NCBI RefSeq assembly: GCF_009914755.1
Contig: NC_060946.1
Direction: 5' to 3' (one strand)
Length of the DNA stretch: 64,000 nucleotides
Source: the human T2T-CHM13v2.0 reference genome, Homo sapiens
Part shown: in pieces, positions 30,901-48,900 of the stretch
Position numbering within the stretch: the first letter of the stretch is position 1
Layout: every line of letters begins with the position of its first letter
Notes under the pieces: generated by a model
Seen by the model: the letters and a program-made list of their open reading frames with translations, nothing else
What the model was told of the DNA's origin: nothing
Database searches by the model: none
Made by a program: the position numbers and the translations under genes

Positions 30901-33900
30901 GTATATATTCTATACTGTACAAAAAATATCAAAGTACCCAAAGCACGTATTATATACCGTACATAAAATATGAAATTACATCAAATATATATTTTATTCT
31001 GTACATAAAATATCAAAGTACACCAGATATATATTCTATAGTGTACATAAAATATCAAAGTACCCAAACTATACATTATATACTGTACATAAAATATGAA
31101 ATTACATCAAATCTATATTAGGTACATAAAATATGAAAGTACATCAAATATAGATTATATACTGTACATAAAATATCAAAGTACCCCAAATATATATTAT
31201 ATACTCTACATGAAATATCAAAGTTCACAAACTATATATTATATACTGTACATAAAATATCAAAGTACCCAAGGTATATATTCTATACTGTACAAAAGAT
31301 AACAAAGTACCCAAAGCATGTATTATATACTGTATATAAAATATGAAAGTACATTAAATATATATTTTATTCTGTACGTAAAATATCAAAGTACACCAGA
31401 TATATATTCTATAGTGTACATAAAATAACAAAGTACACAAACTATAAATTATATACTGTACATAAAATATGAAATTACATCAAATATATATTAGGTACAT
31501 AAAATATGAAAGTACATCAAATATAGATTATATACTGTACATATAATATCAATGTACCCCAAATATATATTTTAAAGTCTACATGAAATATCAAAGTTCA
31601 CAAACCATACATTATATACTGTACATAAAATATCAAAGTACCCAAGGTATATATTCTATACTGTACAAAAAATATCAAAGTACCCAAAGCATGTATTATA
31701 TACTGTACATAAAATATGAAAGTACATTAAATATATATTTTATTCTGTACATAAAATATCAAAGTACACCAGATATATATTCTATAGTGTACATAAAATA
31801 TCAAAGTACCCAAACTATACATTATATAGTGTACATAAAATATGAAATTACATCAAATATATATTAGGTACATAAAATATGAAAGTACATCAAATATAGA
31901 TTATATACTGTACATAAAATATCAAAGTACCCCAAATATATATTATATACTCTACATGAAATATCAAAGTTCACAAACTATATATTATATACTGTACATA
32001 AAATATCAAAGTACCCAAGGTATATATTCTATACTGTACAAAAAATATCAAAGTACCCAAAGCACGTATTATATACTGTACATAAAATATGAAAGTACAT
32101 CAAATATATATTTTATTCTGTACATAAAATATCAAAGTACACCAGATATATATTCTATAGTGTACATAAAATAACAAAGTACACAAACTATACATTATAT
32201 ACTGTACATAAAATATGAAATTACATCAAATATATATTAGGTACATAAAATATGAAAGTACATGAAATATAGATTATATACTGTACATAAAATATCAATG
32301 TACCCCAAATATATATTTTATACTCTACATGAAATATCAAAGTTCACAAACCATATATTATATACTGTACATAAAATATCAAAGTACCCAAGGTATATAT
32401 TCTATACTATACAAAAAATATCAAAGTACCCAAAGCATGTATTATATACTGTACATAAAATATGAAAGTACATCAAATATATATTTTATTCTGTACATAA
32501 AATATCAAAGTACACTAGATATATATTCTATAGTGTACATAAAATATCAAAATACCCAAACTATACCTTATATACTGTACATAAAATATGAGATTACATC
32601 AAATATATATTATATTAGGTACATAAAATATGAAAGTACATCAAATATAGATTATATACTGTACATAAAATATCAAAGTACCCCGAAAATATATTATATA
32701 CTCTACATGAAATATCAAAGTTCACAAACTATATATTATATACTGTACATAAAATATCAAAGTACCCAAGGTATATATTCTATACTGTACAAAAAATATC
32801 AAAGTACCCAAAGGATGTATTATATACTGTACAAAAAATATGAAAGTACATCAAATATATATTTTATTCTGTACATAAAATATCAAAGTACACCAGATAT
32901 ATATTCTATAGTGTACATAAAATAACAAAGTACACAAACTATACATTATATACTGTACATAAAATATGAAATTACATCAAATATATATTAGGTACATAAA
33001 ATATGAAAGTACATCAAATATAGATTATATACTGTACATAAAATATCATTGTACCCCAAATATTTATTTTATACTCTACATGAAATATCAAAGTTCACAA
33101 ACCATATATTATATACTGTACATAAAATATGAAAGTACCCATGGTATATATTCTATACTATACAAAAAATATCAAAGTACCCAAAGCATGTGTTATATAC
33201 TGTACATAAAATATGAAAGTACATCAAATATATATTTTATTCTGTACATAAAATATCAAAGTACACCAGATATATATTCTATAGTGTAAATAAATATCAA
33301 AGTACCCAAACTATTTATTATATACTGTATATAAAATATGAAATTACATCAAATATATATTATATTAGGTACATAAAATATGAAAGTTCATCAAATATAG
33401 ATTATATGCTGTACATTAAATACCAAAGTACCCCAAATATATATTTTATACTGTACATGAAATATCAAAGTTCACAAACTATATATTATATACTGTACAT
33501 AAAATATCAAAGTACTCAAGGTATATATTCTATACTGTACAAAAAATATCAAAGTACCCAAAGCACGTATTATATACTGTACATAAAATATGAAAGTACA
33601 TCAAATATATATTTTATTCTGTACATAAAATATCAAAGTACACCAGATATATATTCTATAGTGTACATAAAATATCAAAGTACCCAAACTATACATTATA
33701 TACTGTACATAAAATATGAAATTACATCAAATATATATTAGGTACATAAAATATGAAAGTACATCAAATATAGATTATATACTGTACATATAATATCAAT
33801 GTACCGCAAATATATATTTTATACTCTACATGAAATATCAAAGTTCACAAACCACATATTATATACTGTACATAAAATATCAAAGTACCCAAGGTATACA

Positions 33901-36900
33901 TTCTATACTGTACAAAAAATATCAAAGTACCCAAAGCATGTATTATATACTGTACATAAAATATGAAAGTACATCAAATATATATTTTATTCTGTACATA
34001 AAATATCAAGGTACACCAGATATATATTCTATAGTGTACATAAAATATCAAAGTACCCAAACTATACATTATATACTGTACATAAAATATGAAATTACAT
34101 CAAATATATATTATATTAGGTACATAAAATATGAAAGTACATCAAATATAGATTATATACTGTACATTAAATACCAAAGTACCGCAAATATATATTTTAT
34201 ACTCTACATGAAATATCAAAGTTCACAAACCATATATTATATACGGTACATAAAATATCAAAGAACCCAAGGTATATATTCTATACTGTACAAAAGATAT
34301 CAAAGTACCCAAAGCATGTATTATATACTGTACATAAAATATGAAAGTACATCAAATATATATTTTATTCTGTACATAAAATATCAAAGTACACCAGATA
34401 TATATTCTATAGTGTACATAAAATATCAAAGTACCCAAACTATACATTATATACTGTACATAAAATATGAAGTTACATCAAATCTATATTAGGCACAAAA
34501 AATATGAAAGTACATCAAATATAGGTTATATACTGTACATAAAATATCAAAGTACCCCAAATATATATTATATACTCTACATGAAATACCAAAGTTCACA
34601 AACTATATATTATATACTGTACATAAAATATCAAAGTACCCAAGGTATATATTCTATACTGTGCAAAAAATATGAAAGTACCCAAAGCAGGTATTATATA
34701 CTGTATATAAAATATGAAAATACATCAAATATATATTTTATTCTGTACATAAAATATCAAAGTACACCAGATATATATTCTATAGTGTACATAAAATAAC
34801 AAGGTACAAAAACTATAAATTCTATACTGTACATAAAATATGAAATTACATCAAATATATATTAGGTACATAAAATATGAAAGTACATCAAATATAGATT
34901 ATATACTGTACATAAAATATCAAAGTACCCCAAATATATATTATATACTCTACATGAAATATCAAAGTTCACAAACTATATATTATGTACTGTACATAAA
35001 ATATCAAAGTACCCAAGGTATATATTCTATACTGTACAAAAAATATCAAAGTACCCAAAGCACGTATTATATACTGTACATAAAATATGAAAGTACATCA
35101 AATATATATTTTATTCTGTACATAAAATATCAAAGTACACCAGATATATATTCTATAGTGTACATAAAATAACAAAGTACACAAACTATACATTATATAC
35201 TGTACATAAAATATGAAATTACATCAAATATATATTAGGTACATAAAATATGAAAGTACATGAAATATAGATTATATACTGTACATAAAATATCAATGTA
35301 CCCCAAATATATATTTTATACTCTACATGAAATATCAAAGTTCACAAACCATATATTATATACTGTACATAAAATATCAAAGTACCCAAGGTATATATTC
35401 TATACTGTACAAAAAATATCAAAGTACCCAAAGCATGTATTATATACTGTACATAATATATGAAAGTACATCAAATATATATTTTATTCTGTACATAAAA
35501 TATCAAAGTACACCAGATATATATTCTATAGTGTACATAAAATATCAAAGTACCCAAACTATACATTATATACTGTACATAAAATATGAAATTACATCAA
35601 ATATATATTATATTAGGTACATAAAATATGAAATTACATCAAATATAGATTATATACTGTACATAAAATATCAAAGTACCCCAAATATATATTATATACT
35701 CTACATGAAATATCAAAGTTCACAAACTATATATTATATACTGTACATAAAATATCAAAGTACCCAAGGTATATATTCTATACTGTACAAAAAATATCAA
35801 GGTACCCAAAGCATGTATTATATACTGTACATAAAATATGAAAGTACATCAAATATATATTTTATTCTGTACATAAAATATCAAAGTACACCAGATATAT
35901 ATTCTATAGTGTACATAAAATAACAAAGTACACAAACTATACATTATATACTGTACATAAAATATGAAATTACATCAAATATATATTAGGTACATAAAAT
36001 ATGAAAGTACATCAAATATAGATTATATACTGTACATAAAATATCAAAGTACCCCAAATATATATTATATACTCTACATGAAATATCAAAGTTCACAAAC
36101 TATATATTATATACTGTACATAAAATATCAAAGTACCCAAGGTATATATTCTATACTGTACAAAAAATATCAAAGTACCCAAAGCATGTATTATATACTG
36201 TACATAAAATATGAAAGTACATCAAATATATATTTTATTCTGTACATAAAATATCAAAGTACACCAGATATATATTCTATAGTGTATATAAAATATCAAA
36301 GTACCAAAATTATACATTATATACTGTACATAAAATATGAAATTACATCAAATATATATTATATTAGGTACATAAAATATGAAAGTACATGAAATATAGA
36401 TTATATACTGTACATAAAATATCAAAGTACCCCAAATTTATATTATATACTATACATGAAATATCAAAGTTCACAAACCATATATTATATACTGTACATA
36501 AAATATCAAAGTACCCAAGGTATATATTCTATACCGTACAAAAAATATCAAAGTACCCAAAGCATATATTATATACTGTATATAAAATATGAAGGTACAT
36601 TAAATATATATTTTATTCTGTACATAAAATATCAAAGTACACCAGATATATATACTATAGTGTACATAAAATATCAATGTACCCAAACTATACATTATAC
36701 ACTGTACATAAAATATGAAATTACATCAAATATATATTAGGTACATAAAATATGAAAGTACATCAAATATAGATTATATACTGTACATATAATATCAATG
36801 TACCCCAAATATATATTTTATACTCTACATGAAATATCAAAGTTCACAAACCATATATTATATACTGCACATAAAATATCAAAGTACCCAAGGTATATAT

Positions 36901-39900
36901 TCTATACTGTACAAAAAATATCAAAGTACCCAAAGCATGTATTATATACTGTACATAAAATATGAAAGTACATCAAATATATATTATATACTGTACATAA
37001 AATATCAAAGTACACCAGATATATATTTTACAGTGTACATAAAATATCAAAGTACCCAAACTATACATTATATACTGTACATAAAATATGAGATTACATC
37101 AAATATATATTATATTAGGTACATAAAATATGAAAGTACATCAGATATAGATTATATACTGTACATAAAATATCAAAGTACCCCAAATATATATTATATA
37201 CTCTACATGAAATATCAAAGTTCACAAACTATATATTATATACTGTACATAAAATATCAAAGTACCCAAGGTATATATTCTATACTGTACAAAAAATATC
37301 AAAATACCCAAAGCATGTATTATATACTGTATATAAAATATGAAAATACATTAAATATATATTTTATTCTGTACATAAAATATCAAAGTACACCAGATGT
37401 ATATTCTATAGTGTACATAAAATAACAAAGTACACAAACTATAAATTATATACTGTACATAAAATATGAAATTACATCAAATATATATTAGGTACATAAA
37501 ATATGAAAGTACATCAAATATAGATTATATACTGTACATATAATATCAATGTACCCCAAATATATATTTTATACTCTACATGAAATATCAAAGTTCACAA
37601 ACCATACATTATATACTTTACATAAAATATCAAAGTACCCATGGTATATATTCTATACTGTACAAAAGATATCAAAGTACCCAAAGCATGTATTATATAC
37701 TGTACATAAAATATGAAAGTACATCAAATATATATTTTATTCTGTACATAAAATATCAAAGTACACCAGATATATATTCTATAGTGTACATAAAATATCA
37801 AAGTACCCAAACTATATATTATATACTGTACATAAAATATGAAATTACATCAAATATGTATTATATTAGGTACATAAAATATGAAAGTACATCAAATATA
37901 GATTATATACCGTACATAAAATATCAAAGTACCCCAAATATATATTATATACTATACATGAAATATCAAATTTCACAAACTATATATTATATACTGTACA
38001 TAAAATATCAAAGTACCCAATGTATATATTCTATAGTGTACAAAAAATATCAAAGTACCCAAAGCATGTATTATATACTTTACATAAAATATGAAATTAC
38101 ATCAAATATATATTATATTAGGTACTTAAAATATGAAAGTACATCAAATATAGATTATATACTGTACATAAAATATCAAAGTACCCCAAATATATATTAT
38201 ATACTGTACATGAAATATCAAAGTTCACAACTATATATTATATACTGTACATAAAATATCAAAGTCCCCAAGGTATATATTCTATACTGTACAAAAAATA
38301 TCAAAGTACCCAAAGCATGTATTATATACTGTACATAAAATATGAAATTACATCAAATATATATTATATTAGGTACATAAAATATGAAACTACATCAAAT
38401 ATAGATTATATACTGTACATAAAATATCAAAGTACCCCAAATATATATTATATACTGTACATGAAATATCAAAGTTCACAACTATATATTACATACTGTA
38501 CATAAAATATCAAAGTACCCAAGGTATATATTCTATACTGTACAAAAATGTCAAAGTACCCAAAGCATGTATTATATACTGTACATAAAATATGAAAGTA
38601 CATCAAATATATATTTTATTCTGTACATAAAATATCAAAGTACACCAGATATATATTCTATAGTGTATATAAAATATCAAAGTACCCAAACTATACATTA
38701 TATACTGTACATAAAATATGAAATTACATCAAATATATATTATATTAGGTACATAAAATATGAAAGTACATGAAATATAGATTATATACTGTACATAAAA
38801 TATCAAAGTACCCCAAATTTATATTATATACTATACATGAAATATCAAAGTTCACAAACTATATATTATATACTGTACATAAAATATCAAAGTACCCAAG
38901 GTATATATTCTATAGTGTACAAAAAATATCAAATTACCCAAAGCATGTATTATATACTGTACATAAAATATAAAATTACTTCAAATATATATTTTATTCT
39001 GTACATAAAATATCAAAGTACACCAGATATATATACTATAGTGTACATAAAATATCAAAGTACCCAAACTATACATTATACACTGTACATAAAATATGAA
39101 ATTACATCAAATATATATTAGGTACATAAAATATGAAAGTACATCAAATATAGATTATATGCTGTACATATAATATCAGTGTACCCCAAATATATATTTT
39201 ATACTCTACATGAAATATCAAAGTTCACAAACCATATATTATATACTGTACATAAAATATCAAAGTACCCAAGGTATATATTCTATACTGTACAAAAAAT
39301 ATCAAAGTACCCAAAGCATGTATTATATACTGTACATAAAATATGAAAGTACATCAAATATATATTTTATTCTGTACATAAAATATCAAAGTACACCAGA
39401 TATATATTCTATAGTGTACATAAAATATCAAAGTACCCAAACTATACATTATATACTGTACATAAAATATGAAATTACATCAAATATATATTATATTAGG
39501 TACATGAAATATGAAAGTACATCAAATATAGATTATATACTGTACATAAAATATCAAAGTACCCCAAATATATATTATATACTCTACATGAAATATCAAA
39601 GTTCACAAACTATATATTATATACTGTACATAAAATATCAAAGTACCCAAGGTATATATTCTATACTGTACAAAAAATATCAAAGTATCCAAAGCATGTA
39701 TTATATACTGTATATAAAATATGAAAGTACATCAAATATATATTTTATTCTGTTCATAAAATATCAAAGTACACCAGATATATATTCTATAGTGTACATA
39801 AAATATCAAAGTACCCAAACTATACATTATATACTGTACATAAAATATGAAATTACAGCAAATATATATTATATTAGGTACATAAAATATGAAAGTACAT

Positions 39901-42900
39901 CAAATATAGATTATATACTGTACATTAAATACCAAAGTACCCCAAATATATATTTTATACTGTACATGAAATATCAAAGTTCACAAACTATATATTATAT
40001 ACTGTACATAAAATATCAAAGTACCCATGGTATATATTCTATACTGTACAAAAAATATCAAAGTACCCAAAGCATGTATTATAAACTGTACATAAAATGT
40101 GAAAGTACATCAAATATATATTTTATTCTGTACATAAAATATCAAAGTACACCAGATATATATTCTATAGTGTACATAAAATATCAAAGTACCCAAAATA
40201 TACATTATATACTGTACATAAAATATGAAATTACATCAAATATATATTATATTAGGTACATAAAATATGAAACTACATCAAATATAGATTATATACTGTA
40301 CATAAAATATCAAAGTACCCCAAATATATATGATATACTCTACATGAAATATCAAAGTTCACAAACCATATATTATATACTGTACATAAAATATCAAAGT
40401 ACCCAAGGTATATATTCTATACTGTACAAAAAATATCAAAGTACCCAAAGCATGTATTATATACTGTACATAAAATATGAAAGTACATCAAATATATATT
40501 TTATTCTGTACATAAAATATCAAAGTACACCAGATATATATTCTATAGTGTACATAAAATATCAAAGTACCCAAACTATACATTATATACTGTACATAAA
40601 ATATGAAATTACATCAAATATATATTATATTAGGTACATGAAATATGAAAGTACATCAAATATAGATTATATACTGTACATAAAATATCAAAGTACCCCA
40701 AATATATATTATATACTCTACATGAAATATCAAAGTTCACAAACTATATATTATATACTGTACATAAAATATCAAAGTACCCAAGATATATATTCTATAC
40801 TGTACAAAAAATATCAAAGTATCCAAAGCATGTATTATATACTGTATATAAAATATGAAAGTACATCAAATATATATTTTATTCTGTACATAAAATATCA
40901 AAGTACACCAGATATATATTCTATAGTGTACATAAAATATCAAAGTACCCAAACTATACATTAAATACTGTACATAAAATATGAAATTACAGCAAATATA
41001 TATTATATTAGGTACATAAAATATGAAAGTACATCAAATATAGATTATATACTGTACATTAAATACCAAAGTACCCCAAATATACATTTTATACTGTACA
41101 TGAAATATCAAAGTTCACAAACTATATATTATATACTGTACATAAAATATCAAAGTACCCATGGTATATATTCTATACTGTACAAAAAATATCAAAGTAC
41201 CCAAAGCATGTATTATAAACTGTACATAAAATGTGAAAGTACATCAAATATATATTTTATTCTGTACATAAAATATCAAAGTACACCAGATATATATTCT
41301 ATAGTGTACATAAAATATCAAAGTACCCAAAATATACATTATATCCTGTACATAAAATATGAAATTACATCAAATATATATTAGGTACATAAAATATGAA
41401 AGTACATCAAATATAGATTATATACTGTACATTAAATACCAAAGTACCCCAAATATATATTTTATACTGTACATGAAATATCAAAGTTCACAAACTATAT
41501 ATTATATACTGTACATAAAATATCAAAGTACCCAAGGTATATACTCTATACTGTACAAAAAATATCAAAGTACCCAAAGCATGTATTATATACTGTACAT
41601 AAAATAAGAAAGTACATCAAATATATATTTTATTCTGTACATAAAATATCAAAGTACACCAGATATATATTCTCTAGTGTACATAAAATATCAAAGTACC
41701 CAAACTATACATTATATAGTGTACATAAAATATGAAATTACATCAAATATATATTATATTAGGTACATAAAATATGAAAGTACATCAAATAGAGATTATA
41801 TACTGTACATAAAATATCAAAGTACCCCAAATATATATTATATACTCTACATGGAATATCAAAGTTCACAAACTATATATTATATACTGTACATAAAATA
41901 TCAAAGTACCCAAGGTATATATTCTATACTGTACAAAAAATATCAAAGTACCCAAAGCATGTATTATATACTGTACATAAAATATGAAAGTACATCAAAT
42001 ATATATTTTATTCTGTACATAAAATATCAAAGTACACCAGATATATATTCTATAGTGTACATAAAATAACAAAGTACACAAACTATACATTATATACTGT
42101 ACATAAAATATGAAATTACATCAAATATATATTAGGTACATAAAATATGAAAGTACATCAAATATAGATTATATACTGTACATAAAATATCAAAGTACCC
42201 CAAATATATATTATATACTCTATATGAAATATCAAAGTTCACAAACTATATATTATATACTGTACATAAAATATCAAAGTACCCAAGGTATATATTCTAT
42301 ACTGTACAAAAAATATCAAAGTACCCAAAGCATGTATTATATACTGTACATAAAATATGAAAGTATATCAAATATATATTTTATTCTGTACATAAAATAT
42401 CAAAGTACACCAGATATATATTCTATAGTGTATATAAAATATCAAAGTACCCAAACTATACATTATATACTGTAAATAAAATATGAAATTACATAAAATA
42501 TATATTATATTAGGTACATAAAATATGAAAGTACATGAAATATAGATTATATACTGTACATAAAATATCAAAGTACCCCTAATTTATATTATATACTATA
42601 CATGAAATATCAAAGTTCACAAACTATATATTATATACTGTACATAAAATATCAAAGTACCCAAGGTATATATTCTATACTGTAGAAAAAATATCAAAGT
42701 ATCCAAAGCATGTATTATATACTGTATATAAAATATGAAAATACATTAAATATATATTTTATTCTGTACATAAAATATCAAAGTACACCAGATATATATT
42801 CTATAGTGTACATAAAATAACAAAGTACACAAACTATAGATTATATACTGTACATAAAATATGAAATTACATCAAATATATATTAGGTACATAAAATATG

Positions 42901-45900
42901 AAAGTACATCAAATATAGATTATATACTGTACATATAATATCAATGTACCCCAAATATATATTTTATACTCTACATGAAATATCAAAGTTCACAAACCAT
43001 ACATTATATACTTTACATAAAATATCAAAGTACACATGGTATATATTCTATACTGTACAAAAGATATCAAAGTACCCAAAGCATGTATTATATACTGTAC
43101 ATAAAATATGAAAGTACATCAAATATATATTTTATTCTGTACATAAAATATCAAAGTACACCAGATATATTTTCTATAGTGTACATAAAATATCAAAGTA
43201 CGCAAACTATACATTATATACTGTAGATAAAATATGAAATTACATCAAATATATATTATGTTAGGTACATAAAATATGAAAGTACATCAAATATAGAATA
43301 TATACTGTACATAAAATATCAAAGTACCCCAAATATATATTATATACTCTACATGAAATATCAAAGTTCACAAACTATATATTATATACTGTACATAAAA
43401 TATCAAAGTACCCAAGGTATATTTTCTATACTGTACAAAAAATATCAAAGTACCCAAAGCATCTATTATATACTGTATATAAAATATGAAAGTACATCAA
43501 ATATATATTAGGTACATAAAATATGAAAGTACATCAAATATAGATTATATACTGTACATAAAATATCAAAGTACCCCAAATATATATTATATACTGTACA
43601 TGAAATATCAAAGTTCACAACTATATATTATATACTGTACATAAAATATCAAAGTCCCCAAGGTATATATTCTATACTGTACAAAAAATATCAAAGTACC
43701 AAAAGCATGTATTATATACTGTACATAAAACATGAAATTACATCAAATATATATTATATTAGGTACATAAAATATGAAACTACATCAAATATAGATTATA
43801 TACTGTACATAAAATATCAAAGTACCCCAAATATATATTATATACTCTACATGAAATATCAAAGTTCACAAACTATATATTATATACTGTACATAAAATA
43901 TCAAAGTACCCAAGGTATATATTCTATACTGTACAAAAAATATCAAAGTACCCAAAGCATGTATTATATACTGTACATAAAATATGAAAGTACATCAAAT
44001 ATATATTTTATTCTGTACATAAAATATCAAAGTACACCAGATATATATACTATAGTGTACATAAAATATCAAAGTACCCAAACTATACATTATATACTGT
44101 ACATAAAATATGAAATTACATCAAATATATATTATATTAGGTACATAAAATATGAAAGTACATCAAATATAGATTATATACTGTACATTAAATACCAAAG
44201 TACCCCAAATATATATTTTATACTGTACATGAAATATCAAAGTTCACAAACTATATATTATATACTGTACATAAAATATCAAAGTACCCAAGGTATATAT
44301 TCTATACTGTACAAAAAATATCAAAGTACCCAAAGCATGTATTATACACTGTACATAAAATATGAAAGTACATCAAATATATATTTTATTCTGTACATAA
44401 AATATCAAAGTACACCAGATATATATTCTATAGTGTACATAATATCAAAGTACGCAAACTATACATTATATACTGTACATGAAATATGAAATTACATCAA
44501 ATATATATTATGTTAGGTACATAAAATATGAAAGTACATCAAATATGGATTATATACTGTACATAAAATATCAAAGTACCCCAAATATATATTATATACT
44601 CTACATGAAATATCAAAGTTCACAAACTATATATTATATACTGTACATAAAATATCAAAGTACCCAAGGTATATATTCTATACTGTACAAAAAATATCAA
44701 AGTACCCAAAGCATGTATTATATACTGTATATAAAATATGAAAGTACATCAAATATATATTAGGTACATAAAATATTTAAGTACATCAAATATAGATTAT
44801 ATACTGTACATAAAATATCAAAGTACCCCAAATATATATTATATACTGTACATGAAATATCAAAGTTCACAACTATATATTATATACTGTACATAAAATA
44901 TCAAAATCCCCAAGGTATATATTCTATACTGTACAAAAAATATCAAAGTACCCAAAGCATGTATTATATACTGTACATAAAATATGAAATTACATCAAAT
45001 ATATATTATATTAGGTACATAATATATGAAACTACATCAAATATAGATTATATACTGTACATAAAATATCAAAGTACCCCAAATATATATTATATACTCT
45101 ACATGAAATATCAAAGTTCACAAACTATATATTATATACTGTACATAAAATATCAAAGTACCCAAGGTATATATTCTATACTGCACAAAAAATATCAAAG
45201 TACCCAAAGCATGTATTATATACTGTACATAAAATATGAAAGTACATCAAATATATATTTTATTCTGTACATAAATTATCAAAGTACACCAGATATATAT
45301 ACTATAGTGTACATAAAATATCAAAGTACCCAAACTATACATTATATACTGTACATAAAATATGAAATTACATCAAATATATATTATATTAGGTACATAA
45401 AATATGAAAGTACATCAAATATAGATTATATACTGTACATTAAATACCAAAGTACCCCAAATATATATTTTATACTGTACATAAAATATCAAAGTTCACA
45501 AACTATATATTATATACTGTACATAAAATATCAAAGTACCCAAGGTATATATTCTATACTGTACAAAAAATATCAAAGTACCCAAAGCATTTATTATATA
45601 CTGCATATAAAATATGAAAGTACATCAAATATATATTAGGTACATAAAATATGAAAGCACATCAAATATAGATTATATACTGTACATAAAATATCAATGT
45701 ACCCCAAATATATATTTTATACTCTACATGAAATATCAAAGTTCACAAACCATATATTATATACTCTACATAAAATATCAAAGTACCCAAGGTATATATT
45801 CTATACTATACAAAAAATATCAAAGTACCCAAAGCATGTATTATAAACTGTACCTAAAATATGAAAGTACATCAAATATAGATTATATACTGTACATAAA

Positions 45901-48900
45901 ATATCAAAGTACCCCAAATATATATTATATACTCTACATGAAATATCAAAGTTCACAAACTATATATGATATACTGTACATAAAATATCAAAGTACCCAA
46001 GGTATATATTCTATACTATACAAAAAATATCAAAGTACCCAAAGCATGTATTATATACTGTATATAAAATATGAAAGTACATCAAATATATATTAGGTAC
46101 ATAAAATATGAAAGTACATCAAATATAGATTATATACTGTACATAAAATATCAAAGTACCCCAAATATATATTATAAACTCTACATGAAATATCAAAGTT
46201 CACAAACTATATATTATATACTGTACATAATATATAAAAGTACCCAAGGTATATATTCTATACTGTACAAAAAATATCAAAGTACCCAAAGCATGTATTA
46301 TATACTGTACATAAAATATGAAATTACATCAAATATATATTTTATTCTGTACATAAAATATCAAAGTACACCAGATATATATTCTATAGTGTACATAAAA
46401 TAACAAAGTACACAAACTATACATTATATACGGTACATAAAATATGAAATTACATCAAATATATATTAGGTACATAAAATATGAAAGTACATCAAATATA
46501 GATTATATACTGTACATAAAATATCAAAGTACCCCAAATATATATTATATACTCTACATGAAATATCAAAGTTCACAAACTATATATTATATACTGTACA
46601 TAAAATATCAAAGTACCCAAGGTATATATTCTATACTGTACAAAAAATATCAAAGTACCCAAAGCATGTATTATATACTGTATATAAAATATGAAAGTAC
46701 ATCAAATATATATTTTATTCTGCACATAAAATATCAAAATACTCCAGATATATATTCTATAGTGTACATAAAATAACAAAGTACACAAACTATATATTAT
46801 ATACTGTACATAAAATATGAAATTACATCAAATATATATTAGGTACATAAAATATGAAAGTACATCAAATATAGATTATATACTGTACATATAATATCAA
46901 TGTACCCCAAATATATATTTTATACTCTACATGAAATATCAAAGTTCACAAACCATATATTATATAGTGTACATAAAATATCAAAGTACCCAAGGTATAT
47001 ATTCTATACTGTACAAAAAATATCAAAGTACCCAAAGCATGTATTATATAGTGTACATAAAATATGAAAGTACATCAAATATATATTTTATTCTGTACAT
47101 AAAATATCAAATTACACCAGATATATATTCTATAGTGTACATAAAATAACAAAGTACACAAACTATAAATTACTGTACATAAAATATGAAATTACATGAA
47201 ATATATATTAGGTACATAAAATATGAACGTACATCAAATATAGATTATATACTGTACATAAAATATCAATGTACCCCAAATATATATTTTATACTCTACA
47301 TGAAATATCAAAGTTCACAAACCATATATTATATACTGTACATAAAATATCAAAGTACCCAAGGTATATATTCTATACTGTACAAAAAATATCAAAGTAC
47401 CTAAAGCATCTATTATATACTGTACATAAAATATGAAAGTACATCAAATATATATTTTATTCTGTACATAAAAATCAAAGTACACCAGATATATATTCTA
47501 TAGTGTACATAAAATATCAAATTACGCAAACTATACATTATATACTGTACATAAAATATGAAATTACATCAAATATATATTATATTAGGTACATAAAACA
47601 TGAAAGTACATCAAATATAGATTATATACTGTACATAAAATATCAAATTACCCAAAATATATATTAAGTACTCTACATGAAATATCAAAGTTCACAAACT
47701 ATATATTATATACTGTACATAAAATATCAAAGTACCCAAGATATATATTCTATACTGTACAAAAAATATGAAAGTACCCAAAGCATGTATTATATACTGT
47801 ATATAAAATATGAAAGTACATCAAATATATATTAGGTACATAAAATATGAAAGTACATCAAATATAGATTATATACTGTACATAAAATATCAAAGTACCC
47901 CAAATATATTTTATATACTCTACATGAAATATCAAAGTTCACAAACTATATATTATATACTGTACATAAAATATAAAAGTACCCAAGGTATATATTCTAT
48001 ACTGTACAAAAAATATCAAAGTACCCAAAGCATGTATTATATACTGTATATAAAATATGAAAGTACATCAAATATATATTAGGTACATAAAATATGAAAG
48101 TACATCAAATATAGATTATATACTGTACATAAAATATCAAAGTACCCCAAATATATATTATAAACTCTACATGAAATATCAAAGTTCACAAACTATATAT
48201 TATATACTGTACATAAAATATCAAAGTACCCAAGGTATATATTCTATACTGTACAAAAAATATCAAAGTACCCAAAGCATGTATTATATACTGTACATAA
48301 AATATGAAAGTACATCAAATATATATTTTATTCTGTACATAAAATATCAAAGTACACCAGATATATATTCTATAGTGTACATAAAATATCAAAGTACCCA
48401 AACTATACATTATATACTGTACATAAAATATGAAATTACATAAAATATAATTTATATTAGGTACATAAATTATGAAAGTACATCAAATATAGATTATATA
48501 CTGTACATTAAATACCAAAGTACCCCAAATATATATTTTATACTGTACATGAAATATCAAAGTTCACAAACTATATATTATATACTGTACATAAAATATC
48601 AAAGTACCCAAGGTATATATTCTGTACTGTACAAAAAACATCAAAGTACCCAAAGCATGTATTATATACTGTACATAAAATATGAAAGTACATCAAATAT
48701 ATATTTTATTCTGTACATAATATATCAAAGTACACCAGATATAAATTCTATAGTGTACATAAAATAATAAAGTACACAAACTATAAATTATATACTGTAC
48801 ATAAAATATGAAATTACATCAAATATATATTAGGTACATAAAATATGAAAGTACATCAAATATAGATTATATACTGTACATAAAATATCAATGTACCGCA

